A stretch of 64,000 nucleotides of DNA from Podarcis muralis (Eukaryota). Below are positions 37,721 to 50,795 of this stretch, one piece after another; within the stretch, counting starts at the first letter, position 1, and every line of letters starts with the position of its first letter. The stretch spans positions 100,440,001-100,504,000 of the forward strand of contig NC_135655.1 of assembly GCF_964188315.1 (NCBI RefSeq). The letters are read 5' to 3'. Position numbers and translations under genes: made by a program. The notes under the pieces were generated by a model that was not told the DNA's origin, ran no database searches, and was given only the letters and a program-made list of their open reading frames with translations.

Positions 37721-38065
37721 TGGTGCTGTGGTCTAAACCACTGAGCCTCTTGGGCTTGCCAATCGGAAGGTTGGAAGTCCCTGCAATAGAGTGAGCTCCC
37801 GTTACTTTGTCTCAGCTCCTGCCAACCTAGCAGTTTGAAAGCACACCAGTGCAAGTAGATAAATAGGTACCACTGTGGCAGGAAGGTAAACAGTGTTTTC
37901 GTGTGCACTGGCTTCCGTCACGGTGCCCCATTGTGGTTTAGTCATGCTGGGCACATGACCCAGAAAGCTGTCTGTGGACAAACGCCGGCTCCCTTGGCCT
38001 GAAAGCGTGATGACTGCCGCAACCCCATCACCTTAACGATCCAGGGGTCCTTTACCTTTACCTTA
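37721..38065 (-). mobile_element. Sauria SINE
   Basis: Reverse complement of 8307-8654 (GTGCAAGTAGATAAATAGGTAC; CCTTTACCTTTACCTT). Confidence 0.9.
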
Positions 38066-38073
38066 TCTTTATA

Positions 38074-38296
38074 CAGTAGTACTTCGGGTTAAGAATTTAA
38101 TTCGTTCTGGAGGTCCGTTCTTAACCTGAAAGTGTTCTTAACCTGAGGTACCACTTTAGCTAATGGGGCCTCCTGCTGCTGCTGCGCCACCGCCGCACAA
38201 TTTCTGTTCTCATCCTGAAGCAAAGTTCTTAACTTTCTGGGTTTCTGGGTTAGCAGAGTCTGTAACCTGAAGCATCTGTAACCCAAGGTACCACTG
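38074..38296. mobile_element. Tc1/mariner (Tigger-like) MITE, reverse orientation
   Basis: TA|CAGTAGTACTTCGGG...CCAAGGTACCACTG|TA. Confidence 0.9.
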
Positions 38297-40488
38297 TACC
38301 TGGCCTGGTACTATTGGTTTTGTGTACTGTGAGAGGGAGGCAAGCAAAATCATTACTCAAATCAGGTCTATTTGTTTGCTCTTTTAAAAGTTGCTTCACA
38401 AGTTTGCTTTAAAACTTGTTCCTTTAACATTTTAAACTTAGCCTTTTTGCAAGCAAAGATTTTTTTAAAAAAAAAGGTATTTATGGGAATTGAAACATTT
38501 AAGGGAAGTAACACATGTTAGAAACTGGTTATAAATGAAATCATGGCCAAGCTACTTAGAAGGAAACAACCTGCCAATCCTGTCAGTGATCTAGGCATCA
38601 GGGAGGGGGCTGGATGACAGAAACACAAAAAGGCAGGAAGCAGTTGGGTGGCCAGGCCATATATTTTCCTGTGTCCTGTTGGGCAGACCTAAAGTTGGAT
38701 GCTATGAAGCAATTTCAGCTGAAGCGCCATCATAAATTGAAGAAAGATCTTGATTTGAGCCCATTGTAAAGTGGAGCTACACTGTGCCATTCGATGTGAA
38801 AACATAATCAGTCCTAAACCACTATTGTACTGGCACATCCAAGCATCTAGTGGCATCCATGTTGAAGGTTTTATATAAGGTAACAGCTGCTTTGGTCAGG
38901 CAGTTAATTAAATATGTTAATTTTTCATATGACTAACAGTAGTGACAACAGATCAAATAGAGATTTCATGACATTTCAGGGTTCCCTTATGTGCTCAAAA
39001 CGATAGATTGCACCATCATTTTTCATACCCATTCCCAGAACCAAGCTCCCACTGCCTTTGGAAGTGCCCTTGTTTTTTGTACTGAATATTGAATGAGATC
39101 TGGTCCCACATATTAAATATTGCCAGTTGTCTAGAATCCAGACTTCAAAACTTTTTGGAAGAGTATATCTTCCATAACCAAGGAGGGCATGTTACTGACC
39201 ACATGTTGGTTAATTGCCACATGAAGTATACACTAACAAAGCTCTATTGTATGAGAATATGCTGAGGTTTTTCATATGTTAAACTCATAACAAGGATTAA
39301 AAGGCTTGTGTTTGAATTATATGTTGTTTGATTTCACAGGATTAGTGTGATTAACTCAAGCATATTTCTGCCCCAAATGGAGACTCACATATAGGTTTGT
39401 GTGTATAATGATGGGAAGAAGGAGGTATCATTTGCCAACTTTGGCAGCTTCCAACATCAAGCCATTGTTCTTCTTTTGTGGATTGGTTAGCCAGCAAAAT
39501 TTTCTGGTACCCGATTCATAACTGATGTGCCAGCTGGTTTGATGGGCAGCAGTGATATAGTAATACAACATATGTGTCATCTGAAGGCAAGCAGTAAATC
39601 CTGCCCTCCTTTTTCTCATCTGATTATTGAGTTATGCCATTTTATATGATGTTACATGATAAATAGGACATCTCAAGAATATGTATGTGAAGGACCTGCT
39701 TACATATTGATGTGGGTTCCAAAATTACTGTTCTAGAGAGCCTTGATGGCAGAGTGATTAACAGGGAATCATTTTGAGTTTACATGATTGGTGAGTATAT
39801 TCTATCCAAAGAGAAACTGATTGAAAATTTATATTGTTATATTTGATTGGGAGCTAGCTGAATATATAAAATATCCATTGTTAATCATTTCAGTTACTGA
39901 GAAAAGCATTGTTGTGAATGGTCATTTGGCCTTCCTCCCTGTGGCCATATATTTTTTCTTCCTCTATACCCAATATGTATATACTGCCATGTGAAGATAA
40001 CAGTTTGTGCAAGTGGGTTCTATTCCATAAAAAATTCTATACCATAATAAATATTTAAGACTTTAAGGTGATATAAGACTGTTCATTGTTTTTGGGTGCA
40101 TAATGGAAAAACATGTTTCGTTTTGCTAATACACCCAAAAGAAGACTCAGGAGACAATACTGTAGTGATAAAAGGTTATATTTATTCAATATAGTATCCT
40201 AGGGAATCTGCCAACCAAGAAACATGTTTAGTCTTGTCAAAATACAGCCCAGGAAGGAAAGTTCTCTAAGACAGGAAGAGCCAGGGAACTCCCCACTCCT
40301 AGCTATGTTTACAGGCAATACCTGCAGCCTCCAAGCAAGGGATTGGAAGGAATTCAACCTCCTTGTTCCATTTGGAGAAATTGGAACTTGACCCAATGCT
40401 GCCATTGATGGTGTTGGCCATGTTCTTTACAACTTTTATTTCTAGCTCTACAGGACACTTTGGGGGGGGGGTGCATTCCAGACATCTT

Positions 40489-40792
40489 GCCAGTGTGGTG
40501 TAGTGGTTAAGAGCGGTGGACTCGTAATCTGGTGAACCGGGTTCGCTTCCCCACTCCTCCACGTGCAGCTGCTGGGTGACCTTGGGCTAGTCACACTTCT
40601 CTGAAGTCTCTCAGCCTCACTCATCTCACAGAATGTTTGTTGTGGGGAAGGAAGGGAAAGGAGATTGTTAGCCGCTTTGAGACTCCTTAGGATAGTGATA
40701 AAGCGGGATATCAAATCCAAACTCCTCCTCTTCTTGTCCTTCTCCTCCTCCTCCTCCTCCTCCTCCTCCTCCTCCTCCTCCTCCTCCTTCTT
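40489..40792 (+). mobile_element. Squam3-like tRNA SINE, full length, (CCT)n tail
   Basis: GCCAGTGTGGTGTAGTGGTTAAGAGCGGTGGACTCGTAATCTGGTGAACCGGGTTCG...GATATCAAATCCAAACTC; possible TCTTGC TSD. Confidence 0.9.
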
Positions 40793-42420
40793 GCACATTG
40801 ATAATTATTAGTGTTCATCGTGCTATCAGGGCGGTCATACATAACCCTGCTTTCAGTAGCGTTCATGCCTGTAAAGATTTCAGGACTGCCACACTACTTC
40901 ATTTCCAATCAGTGCATATCCTGTATGTTACAAATGTTTCAGGGTTTTTTTAACCTGCTTTTGTTGTGCTACAACACACACGCACCCCGACAGCCGTACA
41001 ACAGTAGCACTGGGCAAGCATCACGCAACAAACAAAAGTACAGTAAATCCACCATTACTGCACTATTCTTGTGTCAAGAACATGTTGCAGAACATATCTG
41101 CAATAAAGCACCAGTCTGGAGGGGACATTTTTCTGCAATATCTTTCTAAACATTATTGCTTTTATACTATATATTCTGAATGTCAGTGTTCAGTGGATTT
41201 ATAAACAACCTAAATTTGGGGGGGGGGGGTGCAATCCTGTTTTTTTTTAAACCATTTTTAAACCAAATTCTTAGTATCTCTCTACCTCCTACCCATCTCA
41301 TAGAATATGATAGAGAGGGAAGGGAAGGGGTGTGGGGAGGGATAATCCATATATGGTATAAAATGCATGTAAAGCCAGCCAGGAGGGAAGTCTGTCATTG
41401 ATTGACATCATAAAATAGAAACAATTGCTTTGGTGACACTCTGTGTTTCTATACATTGACAAGTTCTTGTTTAATTTACTACATATGGTTGTTTGTCTCC
41501 ATAGCTACTCTTTCAGATTCATTATTCATTAAATAAGTGACGAATTTACTGAAATATTGCAGCCACATGGCCGACACAAATGCATTCTAATATTATTAAC
41601 ACGTTGCCAACTTGCAACTCTTCGGAGCCTGAGTAAATGTTTTGACAAGATGAGGCAGCAAGAACAAATAAGTAGCAGCAGTCTAGATGAAGTTCAGCCA
41701 CAGCCCTTAACAGCTTTAAAGTCTTAACAGCATTTCCACTAGAGCAGGCCCAGATAAATTGCTCTTATGTGTGCATACAAGAGACTAAAATTCCTTTGAA
41801 AGTTTATAATTTCTCATGGGAAAAACACGGCATAAAAGTAACTTTTACTCATAGAAAAACAGCACCATATTTTCCTGTCAACCTTTCCTGTTGGGAATTT
41901 CAAGCTTCTTGCATTCCCCCTCCCCTCCATGTGATTCTTTGTTGACTCAAGGGACAGGCGTTTACAACATAATTTACTTTCAGTGTGTGTCTCTGTAAAT
42001 CATTGTAATGTTCTCTATTACTAGTTTAAAAAGAACCCCAATCATGTTGGATTGACACAAGCCACATTTCTTAGCTTTCAAATGTAGGATGGGGAGGGAG
42101 GAGAAAGCAGAATCTCCCATTGGCGATGAGCGGCATATGGAACAAGTGGAAATTCTGCAATGCAGAGATATCCTGTTCTAGCTAGCCGTGCCCTTTTCTA
42201 CAATACTCCATTCCGCTCCCCTTGTCGCCTATTCTTCTGTTCCCCCTCCCCTACAATAGTCAGTCAGCATTCCATTGCCATTGCCCATGCCTGTCTGTTT
42301 TGCATCTCCCCTCCTTAGGGTGCCTTTTTGTACTTCAAAGTTTGCTGATGCCTCTCTCTTGTGGGTGGGTAGTGCCGTTTTGGCTACATAAGCCATGACA
42401 CCCATGCAGTAATGCTGGAA

Positions 42421-42834
42421 GCACCAGTCCTGAAATATCTTCATTGGCTCCCAGTATGTTTCCGAGCACAATTCAAAGTGTTGGTGCTGACCTTTAAAGC
42501 CCTAAACGGCCTCGGACCTGTATACCCGAAGGAGCGTCTCCACCCCCATCATCCAGCCCAGACACTAAGGTCCAGCGCTGAGGGCCTTCTGGCAGTTCCC
42601 TCGCTGCAAGAAGTGAGGTTACAGGGACCCAGGAAGAGGGCCTTCTTGGTAGTGGCACCTGCCCTGTGGAATGCCTTCCCAGCAGATGTCAAGTAAAAGT
42701 AAAACTATTTTACTTCTAAAAGACAACTGTTTAGGGAAGTTTTTAATGTCTGACGCTGTATTATTTTTAATATTCGGTTGGAAGCCACCCAGAGTTGCTG
42801 GGGAAACCCAGTCAGATGGGTGGGGTATAAATAA

Positions 42835-42870
<36 letters not shown>
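42421..42870 (+). mobile_element. L2 LINE 3' end with (ATT)n tail
   Basis: ORF 42412-42696 LHWLPVCFRAQFKVLVLTFKALNGLGP...RAFLVVAPALWNAFP; near-identical family to 36481-36856. Confidence 0.9.
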
Positions 42871-42871
<1 letters not shown>

Positions 42872-44879
42872 GGGCTGATGAAGAGGTACAACTTGAATGT
42901 TTACATGGATAGATAATTGGCTTCACTTTCAGCAGCATTCTCCAGCACTGTTAATGTGCCATAGATTGGGTTTTCCAGTGTTGTCCTTTTCCTTCTGAAG
43001 GAAAGCTTCAGGAGGTGGAGAAGGAGATATTGAAACTTGAGAAGGATCAAGTACTCACAACTGCCTGGTTTTCCCAGAATACCATTCACTGCAGGCCTAC
43101 ATGCACAACGTCCTTCTCAACCAACCAGCCACTTCCCATGTCTTGTGGGATTGGCAAGGCATCAGGGCTTGACATTATTGGGCAACTGCTGAGGCTTCTG
43201 AGCAAAGGTTGATCCTGAGAACCTGCTCCTCTGGCTTCCTACTGCTGCCTTTCCACCTGACCTTTCTGAATGAGGAGTGATGCACCCGTGTGCCTCCATC
43301 TATTTGGTCATATGCAGCTTAAGCTAAGAGGGCATCTGAATGGCCAGCGGTGCCCTTGGTGAGGAGGAGGTGGACCCACTGAAGGCCCAAGGACAGCTGC
43401 TGGGCACTTGAAAGCAGTACGCTTTTTGTAGTCCATTTGGCAGGAAACCTGGAGGTGGGGTGGTGTTTACCAAATCATAGAGGTACTACTGTAGACTTTG
43501 CTTGGTGCATTTTGTTTGATGTTTCAACAACTGGGGGCAATAGAAGTGAAAGGGGAAACTTGAACAGATTGTGCAGAAGCTGCAATGAAAAAGAGAATTT
43601 CTATAACACTGATTTGATGGAGGAGTGCTTTCAGAAAGAATGTTATCCTGAAAGTGCTTCAATGCCTCTTAAAATTGGTGTTGTGGTATGTAATGATACT
43701 ACATGTATTAGATATCATTAGTTTAAGCAACTAAAAATGTATCCTCACATTAAAAAAAATAATACTTAGAACCGACAGATTCCTTTTAGCCTCCCCCTCA
43801 CCATTTTATTTTTTTAATTAAAAAAAACCTCTGTGGCTATCATCAAGGACCATTCAGTTTTACATTATGACTTGATGACTTGCACAGTGGATGAACCCTC
43901 ACCTCTTACAACCTTAATGGGGATTTATTAGCTATTTCACAGTGTGTAAATTTGAATCTAGGTCAGAAGATGAGGAGAAAAGTAGGACAAATATGAGTCT
44001 CATATATAGCCTGGAAAAAATATATCAGAATTTTTAAAAAATCCGAAAGTAAACAGAGGTATAAAAATGCCAAGAAGAGATTATAATCTAGTAAAACAAG
44101 AAAAAAGGAGGAAAGGAAGGGAAATTAGAAGGATGCATAGAGTCCACTTGAGTTCAAAACAAGGTAATGGGTAAACGTCTGGTTTCTATACTAATTCAGC
44201 AGACTGAGGACTTAAATTGTATGTTAACCTATTTCTGCTAACTATCCTCAAGAGGAAATGTAACACAGGTGTGCCTGATGTTCGCAAGATTAAAGTTTTG
44301 TCTGACCTCGACTAGTCACCACATTAAAGCCATTTTAATGAGGTTTGGAGAGATAATGAATGCATGTCTCTAATTTGCTGTGGAACAGACAATTTGACCC
44401 TGCTGTGACCTCTCTGCAACAGGTATCTACCTAAAGCAATTTTTAAGGCTGAAAATTGTAACCCCATGTACCTGGAAGTAAGCCCCGATGAATTCAAAAA
44501 GACTGAATTCTGAGAGCACATGATTAGCACTGTGATGTCTAAAACACACTTTTGCCCATCATATGAGAGATGTTCATGGGACTAGGCACAAGTGTCTTAG
44601 CCCCAGTGCTTAGGGCACAACTGCAACCTAAGTGCTGGTTCCCACTTCTCCATTTGCAGTTTATACAGCTCTGTTAGAGAGAAGAACGAGAAGCACCTTC
44701 ATGGCACATCACAGGCTGATGAAATTCAGGGACTGGGAACAGTGGTGCTGTTAGTTATTAAGGGCTTTAAGTTTCAGCATCAGTTGAGCATCAGTTGATG
44801 GATTCAATGAGGAGAAATACTTGCTCTGGCAGAAAGTTCCCAACAGGACTATTTTGAATTAGGCACGTGGGAGAAATTT

Positions 44880-45275
44880 GATGCAGTTTGCATTTAAAGC
44901 CAAATCTATCAAATCTGTACTATCTAAAGCAATATGGGAAGTGAAACACAGTCGTCTTTCCATATTCACACATAACTGAATTTTGCAGTGCAGTTCTCAA
45001 ATCAAAGAATATTTACAAAAAAAGCATATGTTAAGGAAAAGTGCCCATAAAAATATTGCATTAGTGAAAATAGCATAAAAAATGCATGAAAATTGCATGT
45101 TTACTTCAGTCAAAACTGGATACAAAAACCTTTTTCATAGACCAAATTCATACTTAAAATGCTGAAGAATTTTCATGAGGATTTTTTGAAAAGAAATTTG
45201 CAGACTGCTGAAGAAATGTGGAGAAATGAATTTAAGATTGGAGAAATGAGAAACTGAGAGAGCCGAAATTGACAG
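44880..45275. repeat. AT-rich squamate interspersed repeat (MITE-like)
   Basis: GAGAAATGAGAAACTGAGAGAGCCGAAATTGACAG end; a reverse-oriented related copy lies at about 55875-56290. Confidence 0.55.
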
Positions 45276-45499
45276 TTGCTTCCGTCTCTCTTTTGAATAC
45301 GGCCCAATAGCAACATCTGACAGAAATGTGGTGAGTAAACAAAAATTACAACTGAAATGGTTTCCAGCAGGTCGGGGGGGGGGGGGACGGACGGACGGAC
45401 AGAGAATGTTATTATTTCTAGCCAATGTCTTTCTTCTAGAAAAAAAAGGCTGCCGGTGTTCACTATGAAGTTGTAACAGCAAGCACTACACTTTTAACC

Positions 45500-45568
45500 A
45501 GTGCTTTTCTTGGGGGGGGAAAGGGTGCCAGTACTGTGTACTCTTGAGCACACCCAGAAAAAGCACTG
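45500..45568. mobile_element. tiny hAT-like MITE
   Basis: TIRs CAGTGCTTTT / AAAAGCACTG, same termini family as 26644-26792. Confidence 0.65.
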
Positions 45569-45641
45569 TTCATAGTCCTTACATATTCACCTGGACACTT
45601 CTACATGGGATACTTTGCTGAGTTTATGAAGAATGGCTATA

Positions 45642-45867
45642 CAGTGTTACCTCTGGTTAAGAACTTAATTCATTCCGGAGGTCTGTTCTTAACCTGAAAC
45701 TGTTCTTAACCTGAGGTACCACTTTAGCTAATGGGGCCTCCTGCTGCCGCCGCACTGCCAGAGCACGATTTCTGTTCTCATCCTGAGGTAAAGTTCTTAA
45801 CCCAAAGTACTACTTCTGGATTAGTGGAGTCTGTAACCTGAAGCGTTTGTAACCCAAGGTACCACTG
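45642..45867. mobile_element. Tc1/mariner (Tigger-like) MITE, reverse orientation
   Basis: TA|CAGTGTTACCTC...AAGGTACCACTG|TA. Confidence 0.9.
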
Positions 45868-45923
45868 TAGTGAAACATGAACAGTGGCAGTGGTAGGGAG
45901 AGATACAATAGTATTTTATTATT

Positions 45924-46292
45924 TAAAAGGTAAAGGTAAAGGTACCCCTGCCCGTACAGGCCAGTCTTGCCAGACTCTAGGGTTGTGCGCCCATCTCACT
46001 TAAGAGGCCGGGGGCCAGCGCTGTCCGGAGACACTTCCGGGTCACGTGGCCAGCGTGACATCGCTGCTCTGGCGAGCCAGAGCTGCACACGGAAACGCCG
46101 TTTACCTTCCCGCTAGTAAGTGGTCCCTATTTATCTACTTGCACCCAGGGGTGCTTTCGAACTGCTAGGTTGGCAGGCGCTGGGACCGAGCAACGGGAGC
46201 GCACCCCGCCGCGGGGATTCGAACCGCCGACCTTTCGATCAGCAAGTCCTAGGCACTGAGACTTTTACCCACAGCGCCACCCGCGTCCCGCC
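45924..46292 (+). mobile_element. Sauria SINE, young CpG-rich subfamily
   Basis: AAAGGTAAAGGTAAAGGTACCCCTG head; 11-bp TSD ATTTTATTATT at 45913-45923 and 46293-46303. Confidence 0.92.
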
Positions 46293-46431
46293 ATTTTATT
46301 ATTAACCCACATTTAAAAGTTATGGCTTAAAGAAAGAGGAAAACATTTGTAAATGTGGGCTGGGTATAAAAGTCTCTATTGCTACTGCATACTACAACCC
46401 GTTCTCCATAGGTGATATTCTTTGCTACAGC

Positions 46432-46783
46432 CAGAGACGTACCTAGGGGTTGGCAAAACTGGTCCCCACCGGGGGCACAGGCCCGAGGGTGGCACAACAA
46501 TCCCCTATCAAACTATGGAGTGTGTGACGTATATGTGTGTGGTGACACAGCACTGCTGTCACTGTGAGATCAAACACAGGAGAAGCTTCCTGTCCTTCTT
46601 GCGCTATGGCACAAAGGCGTGCATATCCCCCCCCCCCTTTCTCCACTCAACCTCACTTTATGGGTCACATAAAATTTAGTAATTTCTAATGTAACCATTG
46701 TGGTAAAGTGGTTTTTTCTGCAGGGGGTGGGACAACAATACAGCTCCTTGCCAAGGGCACAAAGGACCCTAGGTATGCCTCTG
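46432..46783. mobile_element. hAT-type MITE
   Basis: TIRs CAGAGACGTACCTAGGG / CCCTAGGTATGCCTCTG; 8-bp TSD GCTACAGC / GCTACAGT. Confidence 0.85.
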
Positions 46784-48140
46784 GCTACAGTCGTGTTGAT
46801 ACTTTATAATGCATATATCGGATCTGTGAAGGTCAGAAGTGGTCATTGAAAGGAACTGGCCTTTATGCAACATGGTGGCCTTTCTGGTGTCCACACTGAC
46901 TCCCACCAGCCTAAATAAGAAACCATGGGTGTCAGTATATGTTACACAATCTAAATCGGGCTTCCTCAAACTTGGCCCTCCAGATGTTTTTGGCCTACAA
47001 CTCCCATGTTCCCTAGCTAGCAGGACCAGTGCTCAGGGATGATGGGAATTTTAGTCTCAAAACATCTGGCGGGCCGAGGTTGAGGAAATGGAGTTTGATC
47101 TAAATGGAGGCATTTTCTGCAGAACCCCAACCAGCACTGTATTTGGTGCTTCCTTTTGGTAGATACTCTTTTCCAGGTGCTTCTGGTTCAGCAGCCTCAT
47201 TAACTGGCAACACAGCAAAGTACTGCTTGGAGGACACACACTTGGAAGCGTATGTACTTTTCTTCATCTCAGTAGAGCTCAGTATGTGCATCCTTGTGAT
47301 AAACAAGTTAGGGACATTTAGGAAAATCACCACTTCCTCTCTTTTACTATTTACTGTTGCAATTTTAATTAAAATTCAGATTCTGAATTATTCTCCAAGA
47401 CAGTTATATTTTGAGCTTGGCTCATTTGACTGGACTTCCTAGAGATATTTGCTCTGCATGCAACTTTCGGTCCTGATTGTGCTTCTGGTGTCACACTGTG
47501 GCTGGGATTGCCTGGCCTTATCCGTGGGGCCTGATGGGGATCCAATATCTCAGAGAAGCTAGTTTGGCTAGATCATGGCCTTTTAGCCCCTTCTAGCTCA
47601 CGATGAGCATATATATCTAACTGCTAAAACTCAAATTGATTTGGAACAAGCCTCTTTGAGTTCAAATTATGCCTGCATATAATTACTTGCAACAGGCAGT
47701 CTGTTCATTCTAAAGCTGGGGAGGAGCACAGTGCATTTGGTAGCACAGTCAAAAAAAATGTTCGTACTCTGCTAAAAACCAAACAACCAGTGCTTATTCA
47801 GCACATTGAATTTCTTTTTTTCCCTGAGTTGCTTTGGAATTTAGCCTACACTGTTGAGTTGCTTAATTAGTCCACGATAGTTAACTTTGGGAACAAAAGC
47901 AATACATCCACCATGCTTTCCTTACAATGTCATTAAGACTCTTATACAGGTCAAAGGGCAATGCACACTAGATAACATCCCACCAGTTATTAAGAAAGTG
48001 GATACATGCACATATACATCCGCAGGTATAATTTATTTATCATACACATGTATAATACATGAATCTTTCATATTTTATTGAGTAACTGAAGCTGTTTCTA
48101 GATGCACATCTGTTATTAAATTCCTTGCATTGTGTTGCAG

Positions 48141-48294
48141 GACTATGGTGATGCAGACCACCTATAAACGGACACAAAAGATCCCACTCCACCTGGACCC
48201 AGTTTCTGCTGTAGCTATGTTAACATACGAAGCCTTGCATTCAAAAGAATATTTAGATATTCAAAAGAATATCCTAACCCTGCTTATTATGGGA
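48141..48294 (+). CDS. candidate 154-nt internal exon, open frame TMVMQTTYKRTQKIPLHLDPVSAVAMLTYEALHSKEYLDIQKNILTLLIMG; product unidentified (could be UTR)
   Basis: TTCCTTGCATTGTGTTGCAG| acceptor and GGA|GTAAGT donor; only one of three frames is open. Confidence 0.4.
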
Positions 48295-49933
48295 GTAAGT
48301 ACCATGCAATTCAGTATAGCTTGCTTCCAGGTAAACATGGTTAGATTTGCAATGTAAGATAAAAAAAGCCGTGTATTACTCTTACACTCAACTATCACAG
48401 GTGCTTCAGAAGATTTTGTACTGAAAGAGTAAACACAAGAGGACAGTCTTAATTTTTAAAAAATGGTTTTCACATAACAAAAATTAAGAAGATGAAGAAG
48501 AAAGAAGACCCACACACTCCCCGCTCTGTTCATGCCAGCCATCAAAACAAATGAAGCTCATCCCAGTGCTATTCTACAAGTGGACAAAAACCATGTTCCT
48601 TGGTAGTGGCATAAATGAGAAAACTTGATCACATACCATAAAACTTATCAGATGTGTTTTCATTGCTTGGAGCTCAAAGTTTGTGCGTTAATTGTTCCAT
48701 GAGAGCCAAATTCCATAATTAGGTCACCTGCCAATGTTCTGCACTCCTTGGCTACTGTTAAACTGGCTGTGACAATCAACTACATATCTATGTCTTTATG
48801 TATTTGTGATTCAGAGTTAGGATTAAATATTGACAGCAAAGCAAGTTTAGGATCAGGTAAAATACTTTTCTTAAGCCCCTGCCCTTTAATTCTTCTTTCT
48901 TTCAGAAAACTCCTTCCCCCTAAAAACTCTCCTTTCTGTGATCCCCCCTATTCCCCCCTGCTGCCACCATGGGTGATTCATTGACTTACAAAGCACTATG
49001 CGCTAGCAATATATTTCGGATCTGATTCAGACCTTTCTGTATACTTCTTTAATACACAAAGAAAGATGATCAGAAATATGAATGCCAAAAGACCATCCCT
49101 GGGGGAAAAATAGTGCATAGATTTTCTGTTAAAACTTTTTAAGATGTGTCTCATTTTCTTTCATTCTTGGACCCTTTTCTGCCTTTAAAAAATTAATCAC
49201 TAGAGGCATAATGTAATTCAATGAATCACCACATAGAATCCAAGGAAGCTTCCCAGTGGTATTCAACACTTCTAGCAGACCATATCAGAGTCGCACAATA
49301 CAGCTACAGCATGTCAGATCCATGCAACACCAGCTCTGGTGGAAAAAGACATTCGTCAATGTCTTATTGCAACTGATGCCAGCCGAGGAGGGAATTTCTT
49401 GCTGTAAAATTGTGGCTACAAGTCCAATTGAAAAATCTGCAAAAAAGAAACAGTCAGATGAGAGTGTCTCTCCCCCCCCCCCTTTTCTATTTCTTATTCT
49501 AGCCACGGGGTAACATCTTAATGCAAACTGTGCATTCAGATATAACCTGTGCATGAAACCTTAAACCCACTTAGGCCTGCTTTGACAATTGTCACTGTTG
49601 AACAAGAGGAGTTAGAGACAGAACTCTGCTGGCAAGTCTGGCTTAAAAGTGCAATTAGTTGTACGTATGCGACAAATCCCTTTTCTCTGTGATGTGCATA
49701 CATTCCAGCATAAATGGGGTTGTTGCTTAGCATAGCCTTGGCTAATTGTCAGGTTGCACCTTTCTTTAATGAGTTTCCTAGAAGTTGCCCCAGCAACACA
49801 GGTATGATTTCATTCAACTCCAGCTGGGGCTGTCATACGACGAAAGGGTTTCAGTGTCTGATTAATGAAAATAATAATTATGTACAGATAAGAAAAGGGT
49901 AGAGTCAGGGAGCAACGGAAGATTCCATGTTAT

Positions 49934-50065
49934 NNNNNNNNNNNNNNNNNNNNNNNNNNNNNNNNNNNNNNNNNNNNNNNNNNNNNNNNNNNNNNNNNNN
50001 NNNNNNNNNNNNNNNNNNNNNNNNNNNNNNNNNNNNNNNNNNNNNNNNNNNNNNNNNNNNNNNNN
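49934..50065. other. N gap
   Basis: Run of N (132 nt). Confidence 0.99.
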
Positions 50066-50112
50066 CAAGGCTAGAATGCTACTTCATTTAAGATATTCCC
50101 TGAAGGTGTTTT

Positions 50113-50332
50113 NNNNNNNNNNNNNNNNNNNNNNNNNNNNNNNNNNNNNNNNNNNNNNNNNNNNNNNNNNNNNNNNNNNNNNNNNNNNNNNNNNNNNNNN
50201 NNNNNNNNNNNNNNNNNNNNNNNNNNNNNNNNNNNNNNNNNNNNNNNNNNNNNNNNNNNNNNNNNNNNNNNNNNNNNNNNNNNNNNNNNNNNNNNNNNNN
50301 NNNNNNNNNNNNNNNNNNNNNNNNNNNNNNNN
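50113..50332. other. N gap
   Basis: Run of N. Confidence 0.99.
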
Positions 50333-50734
50333 GCAGAAAATATAAACTTAAAGGAAGTAACGGAATGTTTATGCATTCTTTACTTTCCACAACTCTGTCA
50401 GGATTCCTTTCTTGACAGAAAGGTGAATATATCAAAATGTAAGTGCTGAACTGGAGCATACTGATTGAACAGTGTGTGTCTATTGCATCTTAAGTCTTGA
50501 CCTGGAAGCTACTGATTTGTGTATGGGGTGGTGATGATACAAAAGAGGGGTGTGGGGCAAATTTTCTGAGCAGCAGGGTGCAAAACTTGAATCCTCTGTG
50601 CTGATGGTTGCCATTTTTAAAATAAATAAATCTCATAGTGTTCCTGAATGATTCTATATTGTGATATAGTGTAATTCAGGGACATAGCAGGAATCTTAGC
50701 AGTCAGTGGCAAAATTTCCCCAGTTTTGCCTTCC

Positions 50735-50795
50735 CCAAAATTCAATCAAGCCTGGAAAATAGCCAAAATTCAATCAAGCCTGGAAAATAGCCAAA
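50735..50795. repeat. perfect 28-bp tandem duplication
   Basis: CCAAAATTCAATCAAGCCTGGAAAATAG x2 plus a partial third copy. Confidence 0.95.

Noticed and set aside
40489-40560. tRNA gene (also 17495 and 35607)
   Set aside because: The A/B-box head continues into CORE-like and LINE-derived tail sequence with a microsatellite end, so it is a SINE head, not a tRNA
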